From Acidimicrobiia bacterium (GTDB lineage Bacteria > Actinomycetota > Acidimicrobiia > Spongiisociales > Spongiisociaceae): a stretch of DNA of 64,000 nucleotides. The translations under genes were made by a program, and so were the position numbers. The notes below the pieces were generated by a model. It was not told where the DNA came from. It saw nothing but the letters and a program-made list of their open reading frames with translations, and ran no database searches. Where the stretch lies: the NCBI GenBank assembly GCA_041576165.1, contig JBFGLM010000014.1:1-64000 (forward strand). Direction: 5' to 3'. Below, piece by piece: positions 8,630 to 18,523 of this stretch; position 1 is the first letter of the stretch; every line of letters begins with the position of its first letter.

Positions 8630-8986
8630 TTGGGGTGCCACCCGCTGAACCTGGGCTTCAGATTCGTTTTCGAGATTGTCGCCCTCGATCGGGATCGGTG
8701 ATTACGACGTGGCATCGGGCCTTTTCGGATGGTTGATCGGGATCGGCTTGCCGGCGGTGGCCGCGATCTGCTGGGGGGTCTTCAACGTGCCTGAAGACAG
8801 AAGTCGCTCAGGCCAGGCACCGTGGTGCCCGGCGTTGTCCGATTGTCGCTCGAGATCGCCTTCTTCCAGGTCGCGACCCTCCTGATCGCAACGGTTACCG
8901 CGATGGTCGCGACGTTTCTGGCCTTGGCGGTCGTTTTCCACTACCTGCTGTCCATTGATCGGATTCGCTGGCTGATCGCCCACTAG
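8630..8986 (+). pseudogene. Frameshifted YrdB (DUF2568) family membrane protein
   Basis: Three pieces: GCHPLNLGFRFVFEIVAL (stop 8699) / GLPAVAAICWGVFNVPEDRSRSGQAP (+1 frame) / VVPGVVRLSLEIAFF...FHYLLSIDRIRWLIAH* (back in first frame). Confidence 0.7.
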
Positions 8987-9125
8987 CCAGGCCCGACCCA
9001 CGCGGGCATCACGGCTGTCGGCCCAGTCGAGTCGGGCGGTGATGGATAAGCGCCCGTCCGGTGGCTGCGATGGTAGGGGACGGACCTCTTCCCTCAGGGT
9101 GTTGGGCTGCGTACGGTGCTTTCAG

Positions 9126-10598
9126 ATGTTTGCGTCCATCACGTCGGTGGCGCTGGTCGGGGTGGAGGCGCGGCCGGTCAGTGTTGAGGCTCATGTTGGT
9201 GGGGGACAGCGACAGTCGTTTCATTTGGTGGGGTTGCCGGATACGGCGGTGCGGGAGGCGAAGGAGCGGGTGGCTGCGGCGTTGGCGGTGTCGGGGTTTC
9301 GGATGCCGGCGGGGCGAGTGACGGTGAATCTGGCGCCGGCTGATCTACCGAAGGTGGGTTCAGCCTTTGACCTGCCGATTGCGTTGGCGATTCTGGCGGC
9401 GGTCGGGACGATCCCCCCGGAGGTGGTGCGCTGTGTGGCGTTGGGTGAGCTGGCGTTGGATGGGCGGGTGCGGGCGGCGCGGGGTGGGTTGGGCGCGGCG
9501 TTGGTGGGCCGGGAGGTGCGGTTACCGGTTTTGCTGTCGGCGGGGTCAGCGGCGGAGGCGGCGCTGGTGGCCGACGCCACGGTGTGGGTGGTGGACTCGC
9601 TCGGCCATGCGGTGGCGGTCGGTAAGGGAGAGGCGCCGCCCGGGTGCCCGGAGCCGGTGGTCGCCGTGGACGCGGAATCAGCCGATTTGGCCCAGGTGCG
9701 AGGCCAAGGCCGTGCCCGGCGGGCGTTGGAGATTGCGGCGGCGGGGGGTCATCATTTGCTGCTGACGGGCCCGCCGGGAGCGGGCAAGACCATGCTGGCG
9801 CATTGTCTGCCATCGTTGCTGCCGTCGCTGGGCCCCGACGAGCGCCTGGAAGTGGCCCAGGTCTGGGCGGCCGCGGACCGTCCCCGCCCCGATCATGCCC
9901 GGCCGCCGATTCGCGCTCCCCATCACAGCGCTACCACCGCCGCCCTGGTCGGCGGCGGCAGCGGCGTACCCGTCCCCGGCGAAATCTCCCTCGCTCACCG
10001 GGGCGTGCTGTTTCTTGACGAAATGGGCGAGTTCTCGCCGGCATTGCTGGATGCGTTGCGGCAGCCGCTCGAGCAGGGCACGGTGACGATCGCGCGCCAG
10101 GGCCGTACAATCACCTTTCCCAGCGACCTCCAGCTGGTCGCCGCCACGAACCCCTGCCCGTGCGGCTATCTCGACGACGAACACCGGTCGTGTATGTGCA
10201 GCCCGACCGCCATCGAACGCTACCGCCGGAGGCTGTCCGGCCCGCTGCTGGATCGCATCGACGTACGAATCTGGGTGGGTCGCCCTGACCCCGACGAGTT
10301 ACTCGGCCCAAGCGAAGAACGCTCCCAAGCGGTCCGGACCAGAGTACTGGCGGCACGAGCTCGCCAAACGGATCGAGGAACGCTCAATCGGGGGCTCACC
10401 CGGTCACAACTCGACGAGCTGGCGATCGCCCCTGCCGCCTCCGACCTGGCGGGCGCGGCACTCCGGTCGGGCGCAATCACGGGGCGGGGATACCACCGGT
10501 TGCGACGCATCGGGCGGACCATCGCCGACCTGGCCGGTGAGGATCTGGTATCGGTCGAACACTTGGAGGAGGCCTTGGACCTGCGAGGCAACCTATGA
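9126..10598 (+). CDS. comM: YifB/ComM family Mg-chelatase-like AAA+ ATPase
   Basis: VGLPDTAVREAKERV, VNLAPADLPK, GPPGAGKT, GEISLAHRGVLFLDE, ATNPCPCG. Confidence 0.95.
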   Translation: MFASITSVALVGVEARPVSVEAHVGGGQRQSFHLVGLPDTAVREAKERVAAALAVSGFRMPAGRVTVNLAPADLPKVGSAFDLPIALAILAAVGTIPPEVVRCVALGELALDGRVRAARGGLGAALVGREVRLPVLLSAGSAAEAALVADATVWVVDSLGHAVAVGKGEAPPGCPEPVVAVDAESADLAQVRGQGRARRALEIAAAGGHHLLLTGPPGAGKTMLAHCLPSLLPSLGPDERLEVAQVWAAADRPRPDHARPPIRAPHHSATTAALVGGGSGVPVPGEISLAHRGVLFLDEMGEFSPALLDALRQPLEQGTVTIARQGRTITFPSDLQLVAATNPCPCGYLDDEHRSCMCSPTAIERYRRRLSGPLLDRIDVRIWVGRPDPDELLGPSEERSQAVRTRVLAARARQTDRGTLNRGLTRSQLDELAIAPAASDLAGAALRSGAITGRGYHRLRRIGRTIADLAGEDLVSVEHLEEALDLRGNL

Positions 10599-11575
10599 CA
10601 AGCGATTTGTTGCGGCTGGCGTTCGGAGGTCTCCACCCTGACCGGTTACGAGAGCTTGTAAATCGCCTTGGTCCTCGCGGGGTGGTCCGCGGCATCGAGC
10701 GGGGACGGATCGAGACCACCGATCACGTGCGAGAAGCAGTCGAGATTCCGGCCGAGCACAGGCTGGAGCAGCTCGCAGGGATGGGAATAGCATTCCTCAC
10801 GGCGTCTGATCCCGGCTTCCCGTCGCATGTGCGAGGAACGGTCGGTGCCCCGTTGTTTCTCTTTGTTCAGGGGCGGCTACCGACCGAACGGGGAGTGGCA
10901 GTGGTCGGGACCCGGCGCTGTACTGCCTACGGGCGGCGGATCGCCCACTCGTACGGGCGGGCGCTGGGGAAGGTGGGAATTCCCGTCGTGAGCGGGCTGG
11001 CCCGGGGCATCGACGGCGCGGCGCACGACGGAACGGCGTCCGCCGGCGGTACCGGAGTGGCTGTGATGGGGTGTGGCCTCGACCAGGTGTATCCACGTGA
11101 ACACGAACGGCTGCTCGCATCCTTGCTGGAATACGGGGGCGCCGCCGTCAGCGAATACCCGCCGGGCGCGAGCCCGCTGGCCTGGCGATTCCCGCCCCGC
11201 AACCGGATCATCGTCATGCTCGCCGCAGCGGTGGTGGTGGTGGAAGCGAATGTCACCGGCGGCGCCTTGATCACCGCCCACCACGCACTGATCCAAGGCC
11301 GCGAGGTCCTGGCGACCCCCGGGGACATCACGCGCCTGGCCTCGGGCGGTACCAACCGACTCATCCGAGACGGCGCCATCCCCGTGTTCGAAGCCGATGA
11401 CCTGATCGGAGCGCTGGCTCTCATGCCAGACTTCGGTTGGCTGGCACATCCGACGTCTCGAGCCGGAGCCACCGAGCACACGGCTCAATGGCAACTTCGA
11501 GCGCCAACCGCCCGCCGCCGAAGCGACTCGGTGGGTCGTAGTGAGAGGCCGGTCGTTGATGACCTCGAGGACTGA
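10595..11575 (+). CDS. dprA: DNA-processing protein DprA
   Basis: VAVVGTR, VVSGLARGIDGAAH, SEYPPG, FPPRNRII, GALITA; ATGA overlap with comM. Confidence 0.95.
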   Translation: MTSDLLRLAFGGLHPDRLRELVNRLGPRGVVRGIERGRIETTDHVREAVEIPAEHRLEQLAGMGIAFLTASDPGFPSHVRGTVGAPLFLFVQGRLPTERGVAVVGTRRCTAYGRRIAHSYGRALGKVGIPVVSGLARGIDGAAHDGTASAGGTGVAVMGCGLDQVYPREHERLLASLLEYGGAAVSEYPPGASPLAWRFPPRNRIIVMLAAAVVVVEANVTGGALITAHHALIQGREVLATPGDITRLASGGTNRLIRDGAIPVFEADDLIGALALMPDFGWLAHPTSRAGATEHTAQWQLRAPTARRRSDSVGRSERPVVDDLED

Positions 11576-11800
11576 GACGAGTGGCAACCGGTCGGGTTGC
11601 CGTAGTTGGAGTCTCCCGAGATGCCACGTCATGATCGCGTTTCGGGCTAGTTAGCAAACGTTTGAAAACCGACTCTCACTAACCACACCATGGCCCTAGA
11701 GTTCCACGGAGGGCGGGGTCACAGCTAGGTAGGGGTCGCCATCACACACAACAAAATCCTTCGTATCCGCTCCGGTCGCGCTCGTCCACGGTTCGGACTT

Positions 11801-13915
11801 GTGGCCGCGTTGTTGATCATGTTGCTGGTGTCTGCCGCGCCCGCGAGCGGTAGCCAGGATCCTGAAGACGCCAACGAAGGCGGTCCGTCCGCCATCCCAT
11901 TGGGGGCAAGTATCACGCTGGCGGCCGACGAGACGGCGGTCATCGTGCAATCCCACGATCTCACGCCGCATAGGATCATCGATCCCGCCGGGCTCGCCTA
12001 TCTGAGCAACGACGGTTCTCTTCTGATCTCTGACTCCGAGATCAACGAGGAAGAACGAATATTCAATGGGTTCAACATGTGGGAGCTGAGTAGCTCGGCG
12101 ACCTTGATCGCGAGGGGGCTCAGTCCCGAGCCGGGTCCGATCAACAAGAAGGAGCCGACCGGACTAGCTTACAATCCGTCCAACGGCCACGCTTTTCTCA
12201 GCAACGACCTGACCCAATCAGGGACGTCGGAGAAGTTCGTGTACGAGATCGCGTCGGGCGCCGACGGCAACTACGGTACCGCCGACGACACCGTCACGTG
12301 GGTCAGCGTGAGCGCATTCGGGGCCACGGATCCAGAAGACGTGGCGTACGACTGGGCCGGCACCCTGGGGACCATGTCCGACGACAGCGTGCTCATCGCC
12401 GACGGTACCAACGCCCGGGTGCTGCGGATCCTCCTCGGGTCCAACGGCACGCTGGACAGCACCGACCCTGTCATGGTGCTCGACCTCAGCGGACAAGGCA
12501 TCGTCGATATCGAAGGGCTGGGATACAAGCCGTCCACCGATACGATCCTCACCATCGACGGCGGGGCCAACGATGTTCTCTACGAGATGACCAAGGATGG
12601 TCAGCTACTCCGCAGCATCGACCTCTCCGCGCTCAAACGGCCCGGCATCAACATGCGGCCGTCGGACGTCACGATGGCGCCGGCATCGGACGGTTCGCCT
12701 GCCACCCATATCTACCTGGTCGATCGTGGGGATGACAACAACAGCGCCGACCCGAACGGCAACTCGCCGCCGAGAGATGGGGTCCTGTACGAACTGACAG
12801 CCCCGTTTACCAACCTGGCACCTTTCGTCGACGCGGGGCCCGACATCGTGGCGGCTCAGACGGACACGCCGATGGTGTCTGCCACCGTCTACGACGACGG
12901 CCAGCCCACAACTGCCGCCCCTAATATCATCTGGTCCCGGGTGAGCGGGCCCGGCCCGGTCAACTTTGGGTCTCCCAACGCGGCCACCACCAGCATGAGC
13001 TTCAGTCAGCCGGGCACGTATGTCGTCAAGATCGAAGCCAACGACGGCATCCTGAGTGCTGAGGACACTTTGCAGGTGACGGTGACCAACGCACCGCCGC
13101 CGAACGCCGCCCCCACCGTGTCCGCTGGCGCCGATCGGGAAATCACCTTGCCGACGGCGGCCGTGTTGGTCGACGGGGTGGTGTCCGACGACGGGTTACC
13201 CAACCCGCCTGGGGACGTCACGTCGACCTGGAGCAAGGTGAGCGGTCCCGGTACAGTGACGATCAAGGACCCGAACGCGCTCGACACCACTGTGTCCTTC
13301 TCGAGCGAGGGTACCTACGTGCTGCGGCTGACCGCCCACGACGGCGCACTGAGCGCAACGGACGACCTGGCGGTCGTCGTAGATCCGGAGCCGATACTCA
13401 CCTTCGATGACATAGCCGGGCACACCTTCGAAGCAGACATCATCTGGCTGGCCGAAAACGGGATCACCTTCGGCTGTAACGAGGATGGGACGCTGTTCTG
13501 TCCGGATGACTCGGTCACGCGGGCACAGATGGCCTCGTTCTTGGTGCGGGCCTACGACTTGCCGTCGGTGGCGGGCAACCGTTTCGCCGACGTGTCGGGA
13601 ACCCACACCGCGAACATCAATGCCCTGGCGGAGGCCGGGATCACCCTCGGCTGCAACGCCGATGGCACGCTGTACTGCCCGAACGACCCTGTGACGCGGG
13701 CGCAAATGGGGTCGTTCCTGGCGCGGGCTTCAGACCTCGACCCCGTTGCGGGCGACGTCTTCATCGATGTGTCAGGAGTCCACGAGGAAAACATCAACGC
13801 CATCGCCTCCGCCGGCATCACGCTCGGTTGTGACACGGTTGGGCCTCTCTACTGCCCCGATGCGTACGTCACACGGGGGCAAATGGCTGCGTTCTTGCAC
13901 CGCGCGCTCGGCTGA
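11801..13915 (+). CDS. Secreted cell-surface protein: beta-propeller-like N-domain, two PKD-like Ig repeats, three C-terminal SLH domains
   Basis: Signal h-region; two ...AGPD/AGAD...WSxVSGPG...GTYV repeats; three F.D...H...I..LA..GIT.GC...CP...VTRxQMxxFL SLH repeats. True start may be upstream (see findings). Confidence 0.85.
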   Translation: MAALLIMLLVSAAPASGSQDPEDANEGGPSAIPLGASITLAADETAVIVQSHDLTPHRIIDPAGLAYLSNDGSLLISDSEINEEERIFNGFNMWELSSSATLIARGLSPEPGPINKKEPTGLAYNPSNGHAFLSNDLTQSGTSEKFVYEIASGADGNYGTADDTVTWVSVSAFGATDPEDVAYDWAGTLGTMSDDSVLIADGTNARVLRILLGSNGTLDSTDPVMVLDLSGQGIVDIEGLGYKPSTDTILTIDGGANDVLYEMTKDGQLLRSIDLSALKRPGINMRPSDVTMAPASDGSPATHIYLVDRGDDNNSADPNGNSPPRDGVLYELTAPFTNLAPFVDAGPDIVAAQTDTPMVSATVYDDGQPTTAAPNIIWSRVSGPGPVNFGSPNAATTSMSFSQPGTYVVKIEANDGILSAEDTLQVTVTNAPPPNAAPTVSAGADREITLPTAAVLVDGVVSDDGLPNPPGDVTSTWSKVSGPGTVTIKDPNALDTTVSFSSEGTYVLRLTAHDGALSATDDLAVVVDPEPILTFDDIAGHTFEADIIWLAENGITFGCNEDGTLFCPDDSVTRAQMASFLVRAYDLPSVAGNRFADVSGTHTANINALAEAGITLGCNADGTLYCPNDPVTRAQMGSFLARASDLDPVAGDVFIDVSGVHEENINAIASAGITLGCDTVGPLYCPDAYVTRGQMAAFLHRALG

Positions 13916-14182
13916 GCCGAGACACGAGGCAGGATCTACGCCGCTGGGCCGCCCAGACGTCGTTCTCGGCGGCCTCCCGGCCATGCGGCAGTCTATTCCG
14001 CGCCCAACCCGGGTGACCTGGGCTTGAGAATGAGCCCAAGGTTTCAGAATCGGCTGAGACACCGCCGAGAGAGCCGCACTAGACACTGTCGCTGACAAAA
14101 GAATTCGGTGGCCGTGCCGCACCAGGGCGTTTACCCGACTTGGGTTCGCGATTCGACCACCGAATGGGCAGATAGTACTGCC

Positions 14183-14220
14183 GCGAAGGAGCTGACCCGC
14201 ACCAGCTCCTTCGCTCTTTG
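14183..14220 (+). terminator. Rho-independent terminator-like hairpin
   Basis: gcgaaggagctg-N8-cagctccttcgc followed by tctttg. Confidence 0.65.
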
Positions 14221-14310
14221 TGACCCCTTTCTCACGGTTTTGGCCCTCGGGGGCGGATTGATGCGGCCGGATCATTGCATTTGGGCGCGAACTGTCTCAC
14301 CATCCAACCA

Positions 14311-15210
14311 ATGCAGCGAACGGTGCCTGAGACGCCGGCGTGGATCGCGGAGAACCTCAGCGACTTTCTGCGCCGTCTGGAGAGCCAACAGAACGCGTCG
14401 GCCCATTCCGTCGCTGCCTATTCTCGGGATCTGCGCCAGTTCTTCGCCTTTGCAGACGCAGCGGGGGTCTTGTCTCTCCCGGACGTAGACCGCGGGCTCA
14501 TGCGGGCCTATCTCGTCCATCTGCATGAGGCCGGCTACGCCCGGCGGAGTATTGCCCGCAAAGCGTCGGCGATCCGCTCGTTCTTCACCGATGCCGTCCG
14601 GCGCGGTGTCGTCCCCGCCAACCCGGTGGAGGGCGTGGCGCCTCTCAAACTGGTCCGGCCCCTCCCCAAAGCGCTCACACAACGCCAGATGCACGCTGCG
14701 CTCGATGCCGTGACGGGCGATAGTCCGGTGGACGTGAGGGATCGGGCGCTGGTGGAAGTGTTGTATGCAACCGGTCTGCGTATCTCAGAGGTAACTGACA
14801 TGCGTCTGGCCGATGTGGTCGGCGGGCCGGCCACCGTCCGGGTCACCGGCAAAGGCCAAAAAGATCGGGTCGTTCCAATCGGTGCTCAAGCGCGCGCATG
14901 GTTGGAACGATATGTGAAGGAAGGGCGCGGTCAGCTTTTGGGTGACCGTACCTCACACGCCTTGTGGATCGGCAGCCGGGGAGCTGACATGGATGCTCGG
15001 AGTATCAGAAGGGCAGTGCGGCGACGCACCGGCACCTTTCCGCACGCATTCCGGCACTCCTTTGCCACGCACATGCTCGAAGGGGGAGCGGATTTGCGCT
15101 CGGTCCAACAGCTTCTAGGCCACGTTGATCTAGCCACTACCCAGATTTACACTGCCGTTACTCGCCACCATCTCAGGGAAACCTATGACCGTACGCACCC
15201 GCGCGCCTGA
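14311..15210 (+). CDS. xerC: Tyrosine recombinase XerC
   Basis: [45 protein letters not shown]...TTQIY; conserved dprA-xerC-rpsB position. Confidence 0.92.
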   Translation: MQRTVPETPAWIAENLSDFLRRLESQQNASAHSVAAYSRDLRQFFAFADAAGVLSLPDVDRGLMRAYLVHLHEAGYARRSIARKASAIRSFFTDAVRRGVVPANPVEGVAPLKLVRPLPKALTQRQMHAALDAVTGDSPVDVRDRALVEVLYATGLRISEVTDMRLADVVGGPATVRVTGKGQKDRVVPIGAQARAWLERYVKEGRGQLLGDRTSHALWIGSRGADMDARSIRRAVRRRTGTFPHAFRHSFATHMLEGGADLRSVQQLLGHVDLATTQIYTAVTRHHLRETYDRTHPRA

Positions 15211-15973
15211 GCCGTCCGACGAGCATGTGCGCGAACTGTGGGAGAAGTTCAAAGCCACAGGCGACGTCCCTTCCCGCGACGCGCTCATCCTGCATTACTC
15301 GCCGCTGGTCAAGTTCGTGGCCGGTCGTGTCGGTGTTGGGTTGCCCAGGAATGTCGAGCAGTCCGATCTGATCCAGTACGGCATATTCGGCTTGATTGAC
15401 GCGATCGACAAGTTTGACTTGGAGCGCGGCTTCAAGTTCGAGACCTATGCCATCAGCCGCATCAAAGGCTCGATTCTCGATGAGCTGCGGGCCCTCGATT
15501 GGGTGCCGCGCAGTGTCCGGGCTCGGGCCCGCGAAATAGAACGGTCGCTGGCCGAGCTCGAACATCGGGAGCGGCGGTCGGTAACGGAAGAAGAACTGGC
15601 CGACCACATGGACATGCCGCTCGGCGAGCTGCAGACGAACCTGGCGGAGATATCAACTCTGGGTCTGGTTGCGCTCGATGAGCTCCTGTCACCCGAGCGC
15701 GGCTCGTCGGCCGTCGGCGATCTCGTCCCCGACCAGAAGGGCCTCGATCCGGAGGCAGCCTTCCAGATCGAGGAGATGAAGCGTGTACTGGCCGACGTGA
15801 TCGGCCGTCTCCCCGACCGGGAGCGGCTGGTCGTCACGCTCTACTACTACGAGGGCTTGACTCTGGCTGAGATCGGCCGGGTACTCGGCGTCACCGAATC
15901 GCGGGTGTGCCAGATCCACACCAAGGCAGTAATGAGCCTCCGCAACCGGATGACCGAACCCAGCTACCGCTGA
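15185..15973 (+). CDS. whiG: Sigma-28 family RNA polymerase sigma factor (WhiG/FliA)
   Basis: [73 protein letters not shown]. Confidence 0.9.
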   Translation: MTVRTRAPEPSDEHVRELWEKFKATGDVPSRDALILHYSPLVKFVAGRVGVGLPRNVEQSDLIQYGIFGLIDAIDKFDLERGFKFETYAISRIKGSILDELRALDWVPRSVRARAREIERSLAELEHRERRSVTEEELADHMDMPLGELQTNLAEISTLGLVALDELLSPERGSSAVGDLVPDQKGLDPEAAFQIEEMKRVLADVIGRLPDRERLVVTLYYYEGLTLAEIGRVLGVTESRVCQIHTKAVMSLRNRMTEPSYR

Positions 15974-16056
15974 GCGGGCTTCTCGAACAGCTCCACGTCA
16001 CCGCCCGGGCGGTGATCCGCGCACCCGACCTGATTTGGACGCCCCTGGCCCCGGCC

Positions 16057-16217
16057 TAGACTGCGTCCCGAAATCGCACGTTCGTTGCAATCCCTCGAGG
16101 TCGGTTCAGGTGCTCACGCGCCGGATCGGAGGGGCGGCGAAGTCCCCGGGACTTCTCCAGGACGAACGGAGGGCGCCGGCCGACGTCCCGGCGCAACAAC
16201 CGTAAAAGGAGGCATTC
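16057..16217 (+). promoter_or_regulatory. rpsB promoter and long 5' leader (probable S2 autoregulatory element)
   Basis: TAGACT -10 at 16057; ~150-nt GC-rich leader with hairpins; AAGGAGG SD. Confidence 0.5.
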
Positions 16218-16976
16218 GTGGCAGTGTCCATGAAGCAACTGCTCGAAGCCGGGGTCCACTTCGGACATCAAACCCGGCGCTGGAACCCGAAGATGGAGCC
16301 GTACATCTTCGGTGAGCGCAACGGCATCCACATCGTTGATCTGCGCCAGACTTTGCAGCAGGTGGAGCGAGCGGCCCAATTCGTGAAAGATCTGACCGCA
16401 AAGGGCGGCACGATCTTGTTCGTGGGCACCAAGAAACAGGCCCAGTCGGCGATCGCCGAGGCCGGCGATCGGTCGGAGATGCCCTATGTGAATTTTCGCT
16501 GGCTGGGCGGAATGCTGACCAACTTTCAGACCATTCACAAGCGCATCTTCTACATGAAAGAGCTCGAGCGGATGGAGTCGAGCGGCGAGATGGACGCGCT
16601 CCCCAAGAAGGAGCGGTTGCGACTGCGCCGCGAGCTCGAGAAGCTCCAGCGAACACTGGGCGGAGTGGCGAATATGGAGCGGGTGCCCCAGGCGGTGTTC
16701 GTCATCGACCTCAACGCCGAGCACCTGGCCGTCGCGGAAGCCTCCCGGCTGGATATTCCCGTGCTGGCGGTCGTGGACACCAACTGCGATCCCGACAATG
16801 TCGACATTGTCATCCCCGGTAACGACGACGCGATCCGGGCCGCCGAGTTGTTGGCCTTCGAGATGGCTGCGGCGGCTCGAGAGGGTCGCGAGCTGGCCCG
16901 CGCCAAGCAGCAGAAGAAGGACGACGACGAGACCGAGGCTGCTGCCGCCGGCGTGCGGGCCGCCCCGGGTGAGTGA
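16218..16976 (+). CDS. rpsB: 30S ribosomal protein S2
   Basis: [42 protein letters not shown]. Confidence 0.99.
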   Translation: MAVSMKQLLEAGVHFGHQTRRWNPKMEPYIFGERNGIHIVDLRQTLQQVERAAQFVKDLTAKGGTILFVGTKKQAQSAIAEAGDRSEMPYVNFRWLGGMLTNFQTIHKRIFYMKELERMESSGEMDALPKKERLRLRRELEKLQRTLGGVANMERVPQAVFVIDLNAEHLAVAEASRLDIPVLAVVDTNCDPDNVDIVIPGNDDAIRAAELLAFEMAAAAREGRELARAKQQKKDDDETEAAAAGVRAAPGE

Positions 16977-16984
16977 GGGACAGG

Positions 16985-17605
16985 GTGGCTGTATTCACCG
17001 CAAAGGACGTACAGGCCCTTCGCCAGGCGACGGGTGTGGGAATGATGGACGCCAAGCGGGCGCTGTCGGAGGCCGACGGTGACTTCGAGAAAGCCAAAGA
17101 AGATCTGCGGGAGAAGGGCTTGGCCGACGTGGCGAAGCGGGCGGGCCGCGATGCCAACGAAGGAGCCGTGGGCTACTACTTGCACACCCCCGTCGGTTAT
17201 CCCACGATCGGCGTGTTGGTCGAACTCGCCTCAGAGACGGATTTTGTGGCTAAAAGCGAAGACTTCCAGCAGGTGGCAAATGACATAGCCATGCACATCT
17301 CCTGGGCCGACCCCCGTTGGGTGCGGCGGGAGGACGTGCCAGATGATGCCGTGGCAAAGGAACGCGATCTCATAGCACGCCAGGCCGCGGCTGAGGGCAA
17401 ACCCGAACAGGTCATAGAGCGCATAGTCGAAGGAAAGATCGGCAGCTTCTACGAGGACAACGTGCTGTACGAGCAGCACTTCGTCAATACGCAGAAGTTC
17501 GAGGGCACGGTCGGTGAGCTGGTGACCCAGCTGGCGGCCAAGATGGGGGAGAACATCGCGGTGCGCCGCTTTTCCCGCATCGCGGTAGGCGAGCAGGAGT
17601 CGTAG
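16985..17605 (+). CDS. tsf: Elongation factor Ts (short form)
   Basis: DVQALRQATGVGMMDAKRAL, ETDFVAK, MGENIAVRRF. Confidence 0.96.
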   Translation: MAVFTAKDVQALRQATGVGMMDAKRALSEADGDFEKAKEDLREKGLADVAKRAGRDANEGAVGYYLHTPVGYPTIGVLVELASETDFVAKSEDFQQVANDIAMHISWADPRWVRREDVPDDAVAKERDLIARQAAAEGKPEQVIERIVEGKIGSFYEDNVLYEQHFVNTQKFEGTVGELVTQLAAKMGENIAVRRFSRIAVGEQES

Positions 17606-18319
17606 GTGGGAGCGACCCCGCGACGGGTATTGCTGAAACTCTCGGGCGAAGCGTTCGCCGACCCTGAGGCCGGGTACGGGATAGATCCCAAGACGGTGCA
17701 GCGCATCGCGGGCGAAGTCGCCGAGTCAAACGATGAGGGACACGAGATCGCCATCGTCGTCGGCGGCGGGAACATCTTCCGCGGCGTTTCATCCCAGGCG
17801 GCCGGAATGGACGCTGCGAATGCCGACTACATGGGAATGCTGGCCACGGTCATCAACGCCCTGGCCCTTCGCGACGCCATCGAGACGGCCGGCGTCCAGG
17901 CCCGGGTGCAGACAGCAATCACGATGCAGCAGCTGGCCGAGCCTTACATTCGGCTGCGCGCAATCCGGCACCTGGAGAAGCGACGGGTGGTGATCTTCGG
18001 CGCCGGCACCGGCAACCCGTTCTTCACGACGGACACCGCCGGAGCGTTGCGAGCTATCGAGGTCGGGGCAAGTGTCCTCCTCAAGGCCACCCGGGTCGAC
18101 GGCGTCTACGACGATGACCCGGAAAAGAATCCGGATGCCCAGCTGCTGGATGACGTGAAGTACATGGAGGCGATCGCCCAGGGCCTGGCGGTCATGGACT
18201 CGACCGCGCTGACCCTGTGCGCCGACAACGGCATGCCGATCGTGGTCTTCAACCTCACCGAGCCGGGCAACATCATTCGGGCCGTACGGGGCGATCGGAT
18301 CGGCACGTTGGTCCACTGA
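17606..18319 (+). CDS. pyrH: UMP kinase
   Basis: [35 protein letters not shown]. Confidence 0.98.
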   Translation: MGATPRRVLLKLSGEAFADPEAGYGIDPKTVQRIAGEVAESNDEGHEIAIVVGGGNIFRGVSSQAAGMDAANADYMGMLATVINALALRDAIETAGVQARVQTAITMQQLAEPYIRLRAIRHLEKRRVVIFGAGTGNPFFTTDTAGALRAIEVGASVLLKATRVDGVYDDDPEKNPDAQLLDDVKYMEAIAQGLAVMDSTALTLCADNGMPIVVFNLTEPGNIIRAVRGDRIGTLVH

Positions 18320-18523
18320 ATCTGCCGCAATCCTGAAGAGGCGGTCGAAGGTCGCAGATTTTCGGGATCGGCAAGTAAGGTGGCCGGAGCGATGCATGTT
18401 CGACTGCTGCGGTGCTACTGCGGCCATTCGGACACGATTATTCGGACGCAATTATTCGAATGATCAGTCGAGCAGTCATCCGAACAGATCCGACCGACAA
18501 CCGACGGAGAGGGATCCGGCCTC

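Noticed and set aside
11650-11740. GCAAAC...GAAA...GGGGTCGCC upstream of the SLH gene, resembling a c-di-GMP-I riboswitch
   Set aside because: P2 stem around GAAA does not pair and the GACGCAAA junction is absent; would need an Infernal search to exclude fully.
14311-15210. Tyrosine recombinase as a phage or island integrase
   Set aside because: Housekeeping XerC motifs and conserved dprA-xerC-rpsB position; no att repeats, tRNA or cargo.
18390-18404. ATGTTCGA as a third SOS box
   Set aside because: Half-site only; the GAAC arm is missing.
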